Source: an uncultured Planctomycetales bacterium
Lineage (GTDB): Bacteria > Omnitrophota > Gorgyraeia > Gygaellales > Profunditerraquicolaceae
DNA: 64,000 bases
NCBI GenBank assembly: GCA_964413025.1
Contig: CAYPRG010000002.1
Span: forward strand, 107 to 64,106
Reading direction: 5' to 3'
The notes under the pieces are model-generated. The model was not told the DNA's origin, made no database searches, and saw nothing but the letters and a program-made list of their open reading frames with translations. Shown here piece by piece: positions 1 through 9,574 of the stretch (position 1 is its first letter; every line of letters begins with the position of its first letter). The translations under genes were made by a program, and so were the position numbers.

Positions 1-1
1 G

Positions 2-1048
2 GGCTATAAGCTTGTTGATGACCCCGAGAAAGCCGACATAATTATTTTTAACACCTGCTCTGTGCGCCAGCACGCCGAAGATAAGGTCTGGAGCGAAATA
101 GGCAGGTACAAAACCGCGCAAAAAAAACTTATTGGACTCGTGGGTTGCATGGCCCAGAATTATAAAGAGTTTATCTTTGAGCGCGCCCCCAATGTTAATT
201 TTGTGGCCGGGCCTTCGGATATCCAGAAAATTCCCGGAATAATAAACAGTTTATCGGGAAAAGAACACTCGTTATTTGAAAGAAAAATCTGGGAGACCGA
301 TGGGGATATCCGGCCGGAAGAGATTTACCACACCGGTTTCTATGAGGATAAGGATCATGCCTTTGTAGTTATTTCTGAGGGCTGCTCTAATTTTTGTACT
401 TATTGCGTGGTGCCTTATGTGCGCGGTAATTTAAGGAACCGCGGTCATAAAAATATCCTAAAAGAGATAGAGGAAGCAGTAGGAAAAGGAATAACCTCGA
501 TAACACTTTTAGGTCAGAATGTAAATGCCTACCGCGAGGATAATGATATTACATTCGCGAAGTTATTGGTTATGGTTAATGGCATAAAAAGGCTTAAGGA
601 ATTCAGTTTCGTGACTTCTCATCCCAAAGATACCTCGCTTGAGTTGTTCAAGACAATGCAAGATTTAGATAAACTAAAAAAATCTCTTCATCTTCCGGTG
701 CAGTCGGGCTCTGATAGGATTCTTAATCTGATGAATAGAGGCTACAACAGAAAATTCTATTTGGATTTAGCAGCTACTTATCGTAAGATTGTAAGTAACT
801 CGGCTTTAACTACCGATATAATAGTCGGGTTTCCGACAGAAAAAGAAGAGGACTTTCAGGATACTTATAATTTAGTGAAGGAAGTTGAGTTTGACTCCGC
901 CTACATCTTTAAATATTCTCCTCGCTTGAATACCGAAGCGGCAAAAATGTTTGATGATGTGGAAAAAAAAGAGAAGCAAGAGAGGCATAAATTTACCCTC
1001 GATTTGCAGAAAGATATTTCAAAAAGGAAAAAATGTTTACAAAAATAA
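2..1048 (+). CDS. miaB: tRNA (i6A37) methylthiotransferase MiaB, 5' end cut by the window edge
   Basis: The frame is open from nt 2 (GYKLVDDPEKADIIIFNTCSVRQHAEDKV), so the GTG at 62 is internal. It has the radical SAM triad CSNFCTYC, a conserved QSGSDRIL motif and a TRAM-like C-terminus. Confidence 0.9.
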   Translation, partial: GYKLVDDPEKADIIIFNTCSVRQHAEDKVWSEIGRYKTAQKKLIGLVGCMAQNYKEFIFERAPNVNFVAGPSDIQKIPGIINSLSGKEHSLFERKIWETDGDIRPEEIYHTGFYEDKDHAFVVISEGCSNFCTYCVVPYVRGNLRNRGHKNILKEIEEAVGKGITSITLLGQNVNAYREDNDITFAKLLVMVNGIKRLKEFSFVTSHPKDTSLELFKTMQDLDKLKKSLHLPVQSGSDRILNLMNRGYNRKFYLDLAATYRKIVSNSALTTDIIVGFPTEKEEDFQDTYNLVKEVEFDSAYIFKYSPRLNTEAAKMFDDVEKKEKQERHKFTLDLQKDISKRKKCLQK

Positions 1049-1785
1049 TACTGATAGTACTGGCGGCTTGTTTTATTATATCGGTTGGGACGGGATATTG
1101 CCTTGACCTGGATAAAATTAAATCCTGCTATTTAAGAGGTGATTATAAATCCGCTATAACTGAAGGCGAAAAAATGATGGCGAATACCCGGGTTTCTTCG
1201 CATTCAGATGAATTATATTATTTTTTAGGGTTAAGCTATTCCAGGGATGGCAACTATTTACGCGCCTCTGATATCTTTGAGATAATATTGAATGAATTTA
1301 AAGATAGTATCCTTAAAGATGACGCGGTGTTGGGACTGGGGGATACTTATTTTCTAAGGGGAGATTATAAAAAAGCAAAGCAATATTATTCCGGGCTTTT
1401 AGGCAATGCCAGGCTAAAACCTGCGGTTTATTACAGGTTGAGCCAGTGCGGGTTTAAAGAAGGATATGCCCGGGAAGGAAAAGATTACGCCGATAAATTA
1501 AAGAATGAATTTCCGCATAATCCTGAATCAAAATTCAATAAAGAACTTTATTCTGTTTCTGATTTTTACAGCGTGCAGGTGGGGTCTTTTTCCAGCCCGG
1601 CCAATGCCAATAATCTACGCGACAAATTAATCAGCAAAGGTTACGACGCGTATATCCAGGAATTAGAATCCGATGGGAAAAAGGCTTATCGGGTAAAGGC
1701 CGGAAAATTAAAATCACGCCCGGAGGCAGTTCAGTTAGAGGGCAAGATATCCTCCGAAGGTTATCCTACAAAAATTACTCCCTGA
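1033..1785 (+). CDS. Exported TPR-repeat protein with a C-terminal SPOR (peptidoglycan-binding) domain
   Basis: N-terminal hydrophobic signal-like segment, TPR-like repeats (GDYKSAI, GNYLRA, GDYKKAKQYY), and a C-terminal SVQVGSFSSPANANNLRDKL...YRVKAGKL pattern typical of SPOR domains. Confidence 0.6.
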   Translation: MFTKIILIVLAACFIISVGTGYCLDLDKIKSCYLRGDYKSAITEGEKMMANTRVSSHSDELYYFLGLSYSRDGNYLRASDIFEIILNEFKDSILKDDAVLGLGDTYFLRGDYKKAKQYYSGLLGNARLKPAVYYRLSQCGFKEGYAREGKDYADKLKNEFPHNPESKFNKELYSVSDFYSVQVGSFSSPANANNLRDKLISKGYDAYIQELESDGKKAYRVKAGKLKSRPEAVQLEGKISSEGYPTKITP

Positions 1786-1793
1786 AAAGCTTA

Positions 1794-3644
1794 ATGCCCA
1801 TATCTGATTATCAAATCAACAGAAAAGACATAATTTTCATATTTATTATCCTGGCCTTGGCAATGGCTTTCAGGGTACTCTATTTAATGGATTATTTGAA
1901 TAGCCGGATATATCCAGTGCTGCAATATTCCGACAGCTATTCATATTTTCTCTGGGCGAAGGATATCGCAGGGGGAGATTTCTGGGGTAGTAAGGTATTT
2001 ATGAAATGGCCGTTATATGCCTATTTTCTGGGCCTATTGCTTAAGCTGTTTAAGAATAATCTATTCTCGGTTTACTTATTCCAGTATTTATTGGGGGCGG
2101 CCAACTGCGTATTAGTATATTTTATTGCCAGAAGGATTTTCAATCAGAAAACAGGATTGATCGCCGGGTTGCTTTGCGCCTGCTGCGGCCTGTTTATCTT
2201 TTACGATAGCCTGCTCATCTATACCAACCTGTCTATATTCCTGAATTCTTTGTTGTTGCTGTTTATTCTAGGTATAAAAGATAAGCCAGGAAATAATAGA
2301 TTATTTTGGCTGGGGATTTTCTTAGGCATATGCGTAATTACCCAGGCGAGTATTGGCTTGTTTGGCATTTTAGCCATAATCTGGGTTTTAAAAAGGCAAA
2401 GAGCAGGCTGGACTGAACTATTTCGTAAATTTTTATTTTTTCTGCTTGGTTTAGGGATAATTATAGGCAGCGTGACCTTGAAGAATTTCCTGGCAGAGAA
2501 GGATTTTGTCCTGGTTGCAGGTAATGTCGGGTTTAATTTTTATTCGGGAAATAATCCTGAGGCAAACGGGACTTTTTACTGTCCGCCTAATATCGCTTTA
2601 AACCAGGAAGATATGTTTCGCGACTCAAGGATTATCGCCAGCGCCCAAACCGGCAGGGACTTGAAGACATCCGAGGTTTCAGCTTTCTGGTTTAATAAAT
2701 CACTTACCTTTATCCGTAATGAGCCGGTAAAGTGGCTGGGATTATTATCCAGGAAAATTAATTATGCCTTCGGCTCAAGAGAATTTATCCATGACCTGGA
2801 GTATAATTTTCTTTCAGATAAAATCAGAATTTTTAAAGCAGTGTTTATGGATTTAAGGTTTATCCTGCCGTTTTCATTGCTGGGGGCTTTTCTGGCTTTC
2901 AGGAAATTCCCGCAATCGGCGTTGCTGTATCTTGCTTTAATCAGCTCCGCGTTTAGTATAAGCCTTTTTTTTGTGACTGCCCGTTACCGTATGGTTATGC
3001 TGCCGTATCTATTAATTTTTGCCGCCTTCGGGCTCTTGGCTGTATGGAATAGCTTTAAAGACACCAGATATATCAGGTTTCTATCGCTGTGTTTGGTGCT
3101 TTTGCTGACCTTCATCCTGATAGATGCTAATAGATTGTTTATTGAGAAAGGCCTGAAGAATTATAAATTTTTCTCTCAATCATTTAATTATCATCTGGAT
3201 AAAGCTTTTGTTTACGAGAACAATAGCGATTACCAAAACGCCTTAAAAGAATTAGATCTAGCTCAAAGGCTGGAGGCGGATAACTACCGTGTGATTTTCC
3301 GCCAGGGTGTGGTATATTTCCGCCAGGATAATCTTAAGCCGGCGGAAGAAAAATTTAAGCATACCATTAAAATAAATCCTCTTTGCCAGGACGCTTATTA
3401 TAATCTGGGTTTGATTTATAACCGCCAGTCGCGCTTTACAGAGGCAGAAGGGGTATTAAAGAAAGCCGTATCCTTAGACCCGGAAAATATTGAATCTCAT
3501 TTTGAATTGGGCATGGCCTATAAAGCTAACGGCAGCCTTGCCGCGGCTAAACAGGAATTAAGCCTTGCCTTAAAAAAAATAAACCGTTGGCGAAGCGATG
3601 AACGCGCTATTATTGAAAAAGAATTAAAAACTCTGGAAAAATGA
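1794..3644 (+). CDS. Polytopic membrane glycosyltransferase-like protein (GT39/ArnT-PMT-like) with C-terminal TPR repeats
   Basis: About 450 aa of multiple hydrophobic helices, followed by TPR repeats (YQNALKELDLAQRLEADNY, AYYNLGLIYNRQSRFTEAEGVLKKAVSLDPEN). Confidence 0.55.
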   Translation: MPISDYQINRKDIIFIFIILALAMAFRVLYLMDYLNSRIYPVLQYSDSYSYFLWAKDIAGGDFWGSKVFMKWPLYAYFLGLLLKLFKNNLFSVYLFQYLLGAANCVLVYFIARRIFNQKTGLIAGLLCACCGLFIFYDSLLIYTNLSIFLNSLLLLFILGIKDKPGNNRLFWLGIFLGICVITQASIGLFGILAIIWVLKRQRAGWTELFRKFLFFLLGLGIIIGSVTLKNFLAEKDFVLVAGNVGFNFYSGNNPEANGTFYCPPNIALNQEDMFRDSRIIASAQTGRDLKTSEVSAFWFNKSLTFIRNEPVKWLGLLSRKINYAFGSREFIHDLEYNFLSDKIRIFKAVFMDLRFILPFSLLGAFLAFRKFPQSALLYLALISSAFSISLFFVTARYRMVMLPYLLIFAAFGLLAVWNSFKDTRYIRFLSLCLVLLLTFILIDANRLFIEKGLKNYKFFSQSFNYHLDKAFVYENNSDYQNALKELDLAQRLEADNYRVIFRQGVVYFRQDNLKPAEEKFKHTIKINPLCQDAYYNLGLIYNRQSRFTEAEGVLKKAVSLDPENIESHFELGMAYKANGSLAAAKQELSLALKKINRWRSDERAIIEKELKTLEK

Positions 3645-4573
3645 AAGACAGGATTATTTTTATAGTCGGGCCTACCGCGATAGGAAAGAGCGAAGTCTCC
3701 CTGCGCCTGGCGGGAAAGCTTAACGCCGAGATTGTCTCCTGCGATTCAATGCAGATTTACCGGGGAATGAATATTATTACTTCAAAACCCTCTCCGGCTA
3801 TGCGCAAAAAAATCAGGCACCATTTGGTTGATTTTATTTCGCCTGCAGCCGAGTACGATGTTACAACTTATCGCAGGCAAGCCTTAAAAAAAATTAAGGA
3901 GATCATAAAAAAAAAGAAAATTCCGCTTTTTGTCGGCGGCACCGGCCTTTATATGTCGATATTGATTGATGGGATATTCAAGGCTAAAGCTCAAAACAAA
4001 AAAATCCGCCAGCGGCTTTACGAGGAGCTTGAAGAGTTTGGCAGAGAGTACTTGTTTGATAAGCTAAAAAATGTAGACCCCGAAGCAGCCGCCAAAATTC
4101 ATCCAAATGATTCAAGGCGGATAATCCGGGCTTTAGAAGTTTTTGAAAGCACAGGCAAGACCATTTCCGACCTCAAGAAACAAAGAAAAGGGCTGGGGGA
4201 AAAATACGAAATCGCTATTTTTTGCCTTAACATGGACCGCCAGGAATTACGCGACAGGATAAAAAGACGGGTAGATAAAATGTTTTCGCGGGGCTTAGCT
4301 GCTGAAGTGAAAAAACTGCTAAAGCAAAAATTAAGCAAGACCGCGTCACAGGCAATAGGGATAAAAGAATTAAGGGGCTACTTTGACGGACTATACGATT
4401 TAGAAAAAACCAGGGAGATAATCACTCAAAGCACTTGCCAATACGCCAAGCGCCAGCTTACCTGGTTCAGGAAGGACAAAAGGATTCAGTGGATTGAGAT
4501 AGGCTGTAAGGAAACTCCTCAATCTATAGCCAAAAGAATTTATAAAAAGATTATTTATGGTATAGTAAAGTAA
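3641..4573 (+). CDS. miaA: tRNA dimethylallyltransferase MiaA
   Basis: P-loop GPTAIGKS, CDSMQIYRGMNIITSKP, GGTGLY and RQLTWFR motifs. A 4-nt overlap couples it to the upstream gene. Confidence 0.92.
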   Translation: MKDRIIFIVGPTAIGKSEVSLRLAGKLNAEIVSCDSMQIYRGMNIITSKPSPAMRKKIRHHLVDFISPAAEYDVTTYRRQALKKIKEIIKKKKIPLFVGGTGLYMSILIDGIFKAKAQNKKIRQRLYEELEEFGREYLFDKLKNVDPEAAAKIHPNDSRRIIRALEVFESTGKTISDLKKQRKGLGEKYEIAIFCLNMDRQELRDRIKRRVDKMFSRGLAAEVKKLLKQKLSKTASQAIGIKELRGYFDGLYDLEKTREIITQSTCQYAKRQLTWFRKDKRIQWIEIGCKETPQSIAKRIYKKIIYGIVK

Positions 4574-4631
4574 AAGTCACTTTCCTATACCACTGCGAAA
4601 ATCGCTAAGGTTATCGACAAAGGAGATTTTC

Positions 4632-5894
4632 TTGATGGAAAAGGTACTGTTAGTCACAGTTGATTTGGAATCAGAGCAGAAACGCTGGCCGGTGGAAGAT
4701 GTTGCCTTAGAATTAGAGGAGTTGGTTCTTGCTTGCGGAGCAGAGATAGTGGATAATCTTATTTCTCTTCGTGAAACAGTTACGCCAAATCTCTTTATCG
4801 GCAAAGGGAAAGCCGAAGAAATAGCTGTCTTTGCCCAGGAGCAGGAAGTGGATACGGTGATTTTTAGTCAGGATTTGTCCGGTACTCAGCAGAGAAACCT
4901 GGAAGATATAATCGGCAAAAAAACCATTGACCGCACCCAGTTAATTCTGGATATTTTTTCCCGTCACGCCAAAAGCCCCGAAGGGAAGATGCAGGTAGAG
5001 CTTGCCCAGCTTCAGTATCTTATGCCGAGGCTCATCGGTAAAGGGATCATTCTTTCGAGGTTAGGAGGCGGTATCGGGACAAGCGGGCCGGGTGAACAAA
5101 AATTAGAGGTTGACCGCCGCAGAATTAGAAAAAAAATAGACAAACTAAAGGGAGATTTAAAACATTTTTCCCTGCATAGGCTGACTGTAAAGAAGAAGCG
5201 GAAAGAGCGTTCTATTCCCAGCGTGGCTTTGGTGGGGTATACAAATGCCGGGAAATCCACCTTGATAAATGCCCTGGCGAATACAGAGCAGGTTACCTCT
5301 GATGGGCTTTTTACTACGCTGGACCCTTTATGCAAAGGCCTGCAGTTACCTAATGGAGAAAATATAGTTATCTCCGATACCGTAGGATTTTTGCATAAAC
5401 TTCCGCATCACCTTATTGAGGCATTTAAGGCAACCCTGGAGGAGGTAGTTGAGGCGGATCTATTAATCCATGTTTTAGATGTGAGCCATCCGCGCTTGCA
5501 AGAACACAACAAGGCGGTCTTCGAGGTTTTGCAGCAATTAGGCGCTGATAAAAAACCATTGATCACGGCATTAAATAAGATTGACCAAGTGGAAGACTTG
5601 ACGTGGTTGAATAAATTAAAGGATGATTTTGCCAACCCCATAGAGATATCAGCCAAGTTAAATAAAAATCTGGATTTATTAATAAAAGAAATCCAAGCGA
5701 ATTTTTCTTCCAGAATGATAGAGCTTGAAATTTTGATTCCTCATTCCCGGATGGATTTAGTAGATTTATTCCATAGGGAGGGGCAAGTCAAGGAGATTAA
5801 TTACCTGCAAAAAGGGATAAAAATCAAACTAACACTGCCAAAATTGCTTTACCATAAGTTATTGCACAATAAAGAGATAGACGTTAGCAATTAG
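4632..5894 (+). CDS. hflX: GTPase HflX
   Basis: HflX N-domain (LAQLQYLMPRL, GPGEQKLEVDRR), G1 GYTNAGKST, DTVGF and NKID motifs. AAAGGAG RBS upstream; start is TTG 4632 or ATG 4635. Confidence 0.92.
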   Translation: MMEKVLLVTVDLESEQKRWPVEDVALELEELVLACGAEIVDNLISLRETVTPNLFIGKGKAEEIAVFAQEQEVDTVIFSQDLSGTQQRNLEDIIGKKTIDRTQLILDIFSRHAKSPEGKMQVELAQLQYLMPRLIGKGIILSRLGGGIGTSGPGEQKLEVDRRRIRKKIDKLKGDLKHFSLHRLTVKKKRKERSIPSVALVGYTNAGKSTLINALANTEQVTSDGLFTTLDPLCKGLQLPNGENIVISDTVGFLHKLPHHLIEAFKATLEEVVEADLLIHVLDVSHPRLQEHNKAVFEVLQQLGADKKPLITALNKIDQVEDLTWLNKLKDDFANPIEISAKLNKNLDLLIKEIQANFSSRMIELEILIPHSRMDLVDLFHREGQVKEINYLQKGIKIKLTLPKLLYHKLLHNKEIDVSN

Positions 5895-5922
5895 AATAAC
5901 TAACAAATTTAATTATATTACC

Positions 5923-5951
5923 TTGACAAATTAATTATGTTATGTTAGACT
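5923..5951 (+). promoter_or_regulatory. Putative sigma70 promoter (TTGACA-N17-TAGACT, with TG one nt upstream of the -10)
   Basis: TTGACA at 5923-5928 and TGTTAGACT ending at 5951, about 30 nt upstream of the 5982 start. Shares the string TTATGTTAGACT with the promoter at 6305. Confidence 0.4.
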
Positions 5952-5981
5952 TACTGCTAGGATAAATACCAAGGGGGTAGG

Positions 5982-6245
5982 ATGCCTATATTTGATATTC
6001 ATATAAGCCCGGATGAACCGGTTTATGTGATTAGTGTTGCCAGTAAGCTGGTAGATTTACCTTTATGGACTCTGCGCCAACTGGATAAGGCAGGAGTAGT
6101 TTGTCCTAAAAGAGTTGGTAAGAAAAGCAGGCTGTATTCTTTAAAAGATATTAAGAGGCTGGAGTATGTACATTATCTAATGGAAGAAAAACGTGTCAAT
6201 GTCAGCGGGATAAGGATAATTTTGGAAATGGGAAAAGAAGATTAA
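5982..6245 (+). CDS. Small MerR-family HTH regulator, HspR-like
   Basis: MerR-type HTH pattern (YVISVASKLVDLPLWTLRQLDKAGVVCPKR...RLYSLKDIKRLEYVHYLMEEKRVNVSGIRIILEM). Sits directly upstream of hrcA-grpE-dnaK-dnaJ. Confidence 0.6.
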   Translation: MPIFDIHISPDEPVYVISVASKLVDLPLWTLRQLDKAGVVCPKRVGKKSRLYSLKDIKRLEYVHYLMEEKRVNVSGIRIILEMGKED

Positions 6246-6262
6246 ATTTTTTTAGATTATTG

Positions 6263-6289
6263 TTAGCACTCATTATCGCAGAGTGCCAG
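6263..6289. promoter_or_regulatory. CIRCE-like inverted repeat 1 (TTAGCACTC-N9-GAGTGCCAG)
   Basis: The left arm matches the CIRCE consensus TTAGCACTC-N9-GAGTGCTAA perfectly and the right arm matches 7/9. Lies just upstream of the -35 of the hrcA promoter. Confidence 0.6.
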
Positions 6290-6304
6290 CAGATTATTTC
6301 TAGA

Positions 6305-6332
6305 TTGACAAAGCGATGAATTATGTTAGACT
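6305..6332 (+). promoter_or_regulatory. Putative sigma70 promoter of the hrcA operon (TTGACA-N16-TAGACT)
   Basis: TTGACA at 6305-6310 and TGTTAGACT ending at 6332, flanked by the two CIRCE-like repeats. Confidence 0.45.
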
Positions 6333-6338
6333 ATTTCT

Positions 6339-6365
6339 TTAGCATTTTAAAGATAAGAGTGCTAA
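6339..6365. promoter_or_regulatory. CIRCE-like inverted repeat 2 (TTAGCATTT-N9-GAGTGCTAA)
   Basis: The right arm matches the CIRCE consensus perfectly and the left arm matches 7/9. Lies between the -10 and the hrcA RBS. Confidence 0.7.
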
Positions 6366-6377
6366 GGATGGGGGTTT

Positions 6378-7115
6378 ATGGTAAAGAACGTGGATTATGA
6401 GAATAGAAGGAAGGCGGTTTTAACCGCGGCAATAAATAGATATATCGGGGCAGCCATGCCAGTGGCATCCGAAGATATTGCCGGAGATTTTGATTTGAGC
6501 TCGGCTACAATAAGGAATATCTTTGCCGAGCTTGAAGAGGGCGGATATCTTATGCATCCTTATACCTCCGGGGGGAGGATTCCCACTAATAAAGGTTACC
6601 GTTATTATGTGGATTTTCTTACTTCGCAGATGGCCATATTGGATGAGGAGAAAGAGCGCATCGTAAAGGAGTACAAAAGGGAGATCCGCCGGCTTGAGGA
6701 TGCTTTGGAGGAGACCTCGGAAGTCATCTCCACGATTACTCATTATACAGGCATAGTCTCTTTTCTAGAATGGCAGGATAAATTTCTTTTTACAGGTATT
6801 GGTTGTTTCCTGGAGCAGCCGGAATTCAAGGATTTTCAGAAGATACGCGTGTTGATCAAGGTCATAGAGGATAAAGAGCGCCTGTTAGATATCATAAACC
6901 GCGATTTCAGCGAGAAAGTAAAAGTATATATCGGCAGTGAACTATGCTGCCCGGAAATGGAGAATTGTTCTCTGGTGGTTTCAAGTTATCGGGTCAAGAA
7001 CAGGCTGTCAGGCAGGCTGGCGGTATTAGGCCCGATGCGTATGGAATACAAACAGATTATTCCTGCCCTGGGGTATATCTCTGAGGTATTATCCGGGGTG
7101 TTAGATAATATTTAG
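6378..7115 (+). CDS. hrcA: Heat-inducible transcription repressor HrcA (compact, 245 aa)
   Basis: N-terminal wHTH (PVASEDIAGDFDLSSATIRNIFAELEEGGYLMHPYTSGGRIPTNKGYRYYVD) and a conserved C-terminus (LAVLGPMRMEYKQIIPALGYISEVLS). Sits upstream of grpE-dnaK-dnaJ next to CIRCE sites. Confidence 0.8.
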   Translation: MVKNVDYENRRKAVLTAAINRYIGAAMPVASEDIAGDFDLSSATIRNIFAELEEGGYLMHPYTSGGRIPTNKGYRYYVDFLTSQMAILDEEKERIVKEYKREIRRLEDALEETSEVISTITHYTGIVSFLEWQDKFLFTGIGCFLEQPEFKDFQKIRVLIKVIEDKERLLDIINRDFSEKVKVYIGSELCCPEMENCSLVVSSYRVKNRLSGRLAVLGPMRMEYKQIIPALGYISEVLSGVLDNI

Positions 7116-7124
7116 GGGCTAAAT

Positions 7125-7637
7125 ATGGAAGAACATAAAGAAGAAAAAATTGTCAGTCTAAAAGAAGTCGAGTATCTGAAGTTAAAAGAAGAAGCGGATA
7201 AGGCCAAAGAGTACTTGGATAAGATGGCCAGGCTGCAGGCGGATTTTGAAAACACCCGAAAGCGGCTGGAGCGGGAAAAACAGGATTTCATCAAGTTTGC
7301 TAACGAAGGTATTGTCATCGAATTATTGAACGTGTTGGATGACCTGGAGCGAACGGTTGAACTATCGGAGTCTAAACATCAGGATTTACCCGCTTTTTTA
7401 AAGGGAGTGGAGATGATCCTGGCGCACCTGTATGAAATGTTGAAAGAGTATGGGGTTAAACCCATTGAGGCAAAAGGAAAATTATTTGACCCGAATTACC
7501 ACGAGGCATTAACGCAGGCAGAGAATAAAGAACTGCCGGAACACACGGTGATGGAGGAGTTGCAAAAGGGTTATCTAATGAACGACCGGGTAATCCGGAC
7601 CGCTAAGGTCAAGGTTTCCCAGAAAACACCTGTTTAA
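7125..7637 (+). CDS. grpE: Nucleotide exchange factor GrpE
   Basis: [17 protein letters not shown] coiled-coil signature, FDPNYHEA motif and a RVIRTAKV C-terminus. Confidence 0.92.
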   Translation: MEEHKEEKIVSLKEVEYLKLKEEADKAKEYLDKMARLQADFENTRKRLEREKQDFIKFANEGIVIELLNVLDDLERTVELSESKHQDLPAFLKGVEMILAHLYEMLKEYGVKPIEAKGKLFDPNYHEALTQAENKELPEHTVMEELQKGYLMNDRVIRTAKVKVSQKTPV

Positions 7638-7660
7638 CCAAATTATATGGAGGTGGAGAT

Positions 7661-9571
7661 ATGGCAAAAGTAATCGGTATTGATTTAGGGACATCAAATT
7701 CCGCGGCAGCGGTAATGGAAGGCGGCAGGCCGGTAATCATACCTTCTGCTGAAGGCGCCGGCGTTGCTTCAGGCAAGGCGTTTCCTTCTTACGTTGCTTT
7801 TACTAAAGACGGGCAAAAATTGGTCGGCGAGCCGGCAAGGCGCCAGGCAGCGATAAATGCCGAGGGCACAGTCCAGGCGGCTAAGCGTAAGATGGGGTCT
7901 GATTTTAAATTTAAGATTTTTGGCAAGGAGTATACTCCCCAGCAAATCTCGGCTTTTATCCTGCAAAAAATCAAACAGGATGCAGAAGCTTATTTGGGGG
8001 ATAAGGTGGAAGAGGTGGTCATTACCTGTCCTGCTTATTTTGACGATAACCAGAGGACGGCTACCAAGGATGCCGGGGAGATCGCCGGATTGAAGGTGTT
8101 GCGAATTATCAATGAGCCGACTGCCGCATGCCTTGCTTATGGTTTAGAGAAGGCCCAGAAAGAGCAGAAGATTATGGTTTTTGATTTAGGCGGCGGCACC
8201 CTGGATGTAACCATTATGGAAATGGACCAGGGGGTATTCCATGTGCAATCAACATCCGGAGATACGCAATTAGGCGGTACGGATATGGATAAGGTTTTGC
8301 TTGAATATATCGCCGGGCAATTTAAGCGTGAAACCGGTATTGACATTATGAACGATAAGATGGCAGTGCAGAGATTGCGTGAGGCAGCAGAGAAGGCGAA
8401 GATAGAGTTGTCTTCCACAGTCAGCACAGATATAAATTTGCCTTTTATTACTGCTGATGCCACCGGGCCTAAACATTTGACTATGACAATTACTCGCGCG
8501 AAATTAGAGGATTTAATTTCACCTATAATTGAGAGGTGTCGTCATCCTATGGAGCAGGCATTAGGCGATGCAAAATTAACTGCTAAAGAGGTTGACCGCA
8601 TTATCATGGTCGGCGGGCCTACGCGTATGCCTATTGTGCAGAAATTCGTAGAGGACTATGTCGGCAAGAAAATCGAGCGCGGAGTTGACCCCATGGAGTG
8701 CGTAGCCTTAGGCGCGGCAATCCAGGCAGCCATTATTACCGGAGAAGTTAAAGATGTGCTTCTTCTGGATGTTACCCCGCTTTCTTTAGGCATTGAGACC
8801 TTAGGCGGAATAAATACAAAGCTGATAGAGAGAAACGCTTCTATCCCGACTCAAAAAAGCCAGATTTTTTCAACTGCTGCGGATAATCAGACTGCGGTTA
8901 CGATTCGTGTCCTGCAGGGAGAGCGCCAGATGGCCGATGACAATGTGGAGCTGGGGAGGTTTGATTTAGTGGGGATACCGCCTGCTCCCAGAGGAGTCCC
9001 GCAAGTCGAAGTAAAATTTGATATTGACCGGGATGGTATCGTGCATGTTTCAGCCAAAGATTTAGGCACGGGTAAAGAGCAGTCTATCCGTATTACCGCT
9101 CCAAAAAAACTTTCAAAAGAAGAAATCGAAAAGATGGTTAAGGACGCGGAAAAATTTGCCGCCGATGATGCCAAGAAAAAAGATGAAATAGAAGTAATTA
9201 ATCAGGCTGATACCTTGATTTATGCCACCGAAAAATCCCTTAAGGATTTCGGGGATAAAGTAAATCAGACTGAGAGGGCTGACATTGAGGCTAGGCTTAA
9301 CGATCTAAAGACGGCAATGAAGGACAAGAACGTGGATAGGATCAAGAAGTCAATGGATGAGTTGACCAAGGCTTCGCATAAACTGGCAGAAGAGATTTAC
9401 AAGCAGGCCGCGGCAAAACAGCAGCAACAACAGGGGCAGCAGCCAGGAGCCGGCCAGCAGGCAGGGGAAGGCCAGGGGAATGAAGAACCTCCTAAAGGCG
9501 GCCCAGCCTCAGGCGAAAAAGCCGAGGATATTATTGACGCGGAATACAAAGAAGAAGACGATAAGAAATAA
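7661..9571 (+). CDS. dnaK: Chaperone DnaK (Hsp70)
   Basis: [18 protein letters not shown] and VGGPTRMP motifs with full-length Hsp70 architecture. Gln/Gly-rich acidic tail. Confidence 0.97.
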   Translation: MAKVIGIDLGTSNSAAAVMEGGRPVIIPSAEGAGVASGKAFPSYVAFTKDGQKLVGEPARRQAAINAEGTVQAAKRKMGSDFKFKIFGKEYTPQQISAFILQKIKQDAEAYLGDKVEEVVITCPAYFDDNQRTATKDAGEIAGLKVLRIINEPTAACLAYGLEKAQKEQKIMVFDLGGGTLDVTIMEMDQGVFHVQSTSGDTQLGGTDMDKVLLEYIAGQFKRETGIDIMNDKMAVQRLREAAEKAKIELSSTVSTDINLPFITADATGPKHLTMTITRAKLEDLISPIIERCRHPMEQALGDAKLTAKEVDRIIMVGGPTRMPIVQKFVEDYVGKKIERGVDPMECVALGAAIQAAIITGEVKDVLLLDVTPLSLGIETLGGINTKLIERNASIPTQKSQIFSTAADNQTAVTIRVLQGERQMADDNVELGRFDLVGIPPAPRGVPQVEVKFDIDRDGIVHVSAKDLGTGKEQSIRITAPKKLSKEEIEKMVKDAEKFAADDAKKKDEIEVINQADTLIYATEKSLKDFGDKVNQTERADIEARLNDLKTAMKDKNVDRIKKSMDELTKASHKLAEEIYKQAAAKQQQQQGQQPGAGQQAGEGQGNEEPPKGGPASGEKAEDIIDAEYKEEDDKK

Positions 9572-9574
9572 AAT

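Noticed and set aside
4577-4804. A minus-strand 75-aa ORF spanning the miaA-hflX gap, considered as a possible hfq-like gene.
   Set aside because: It has no Sm1/Sm2 motifs, is mostly antisense to the hflX N-terminus, and has a Ser/Thr-rich low-complexity translation.
9400-9571. A Gln/Gly-rich repetitive tail in dnaK ([23 protein letters not shown]), considered as a repeat element.
   Set aside because: Low-complexity, acidic C-terminal tails ending in an EE(V)D-like segment are normal for Hsp70 proteins.
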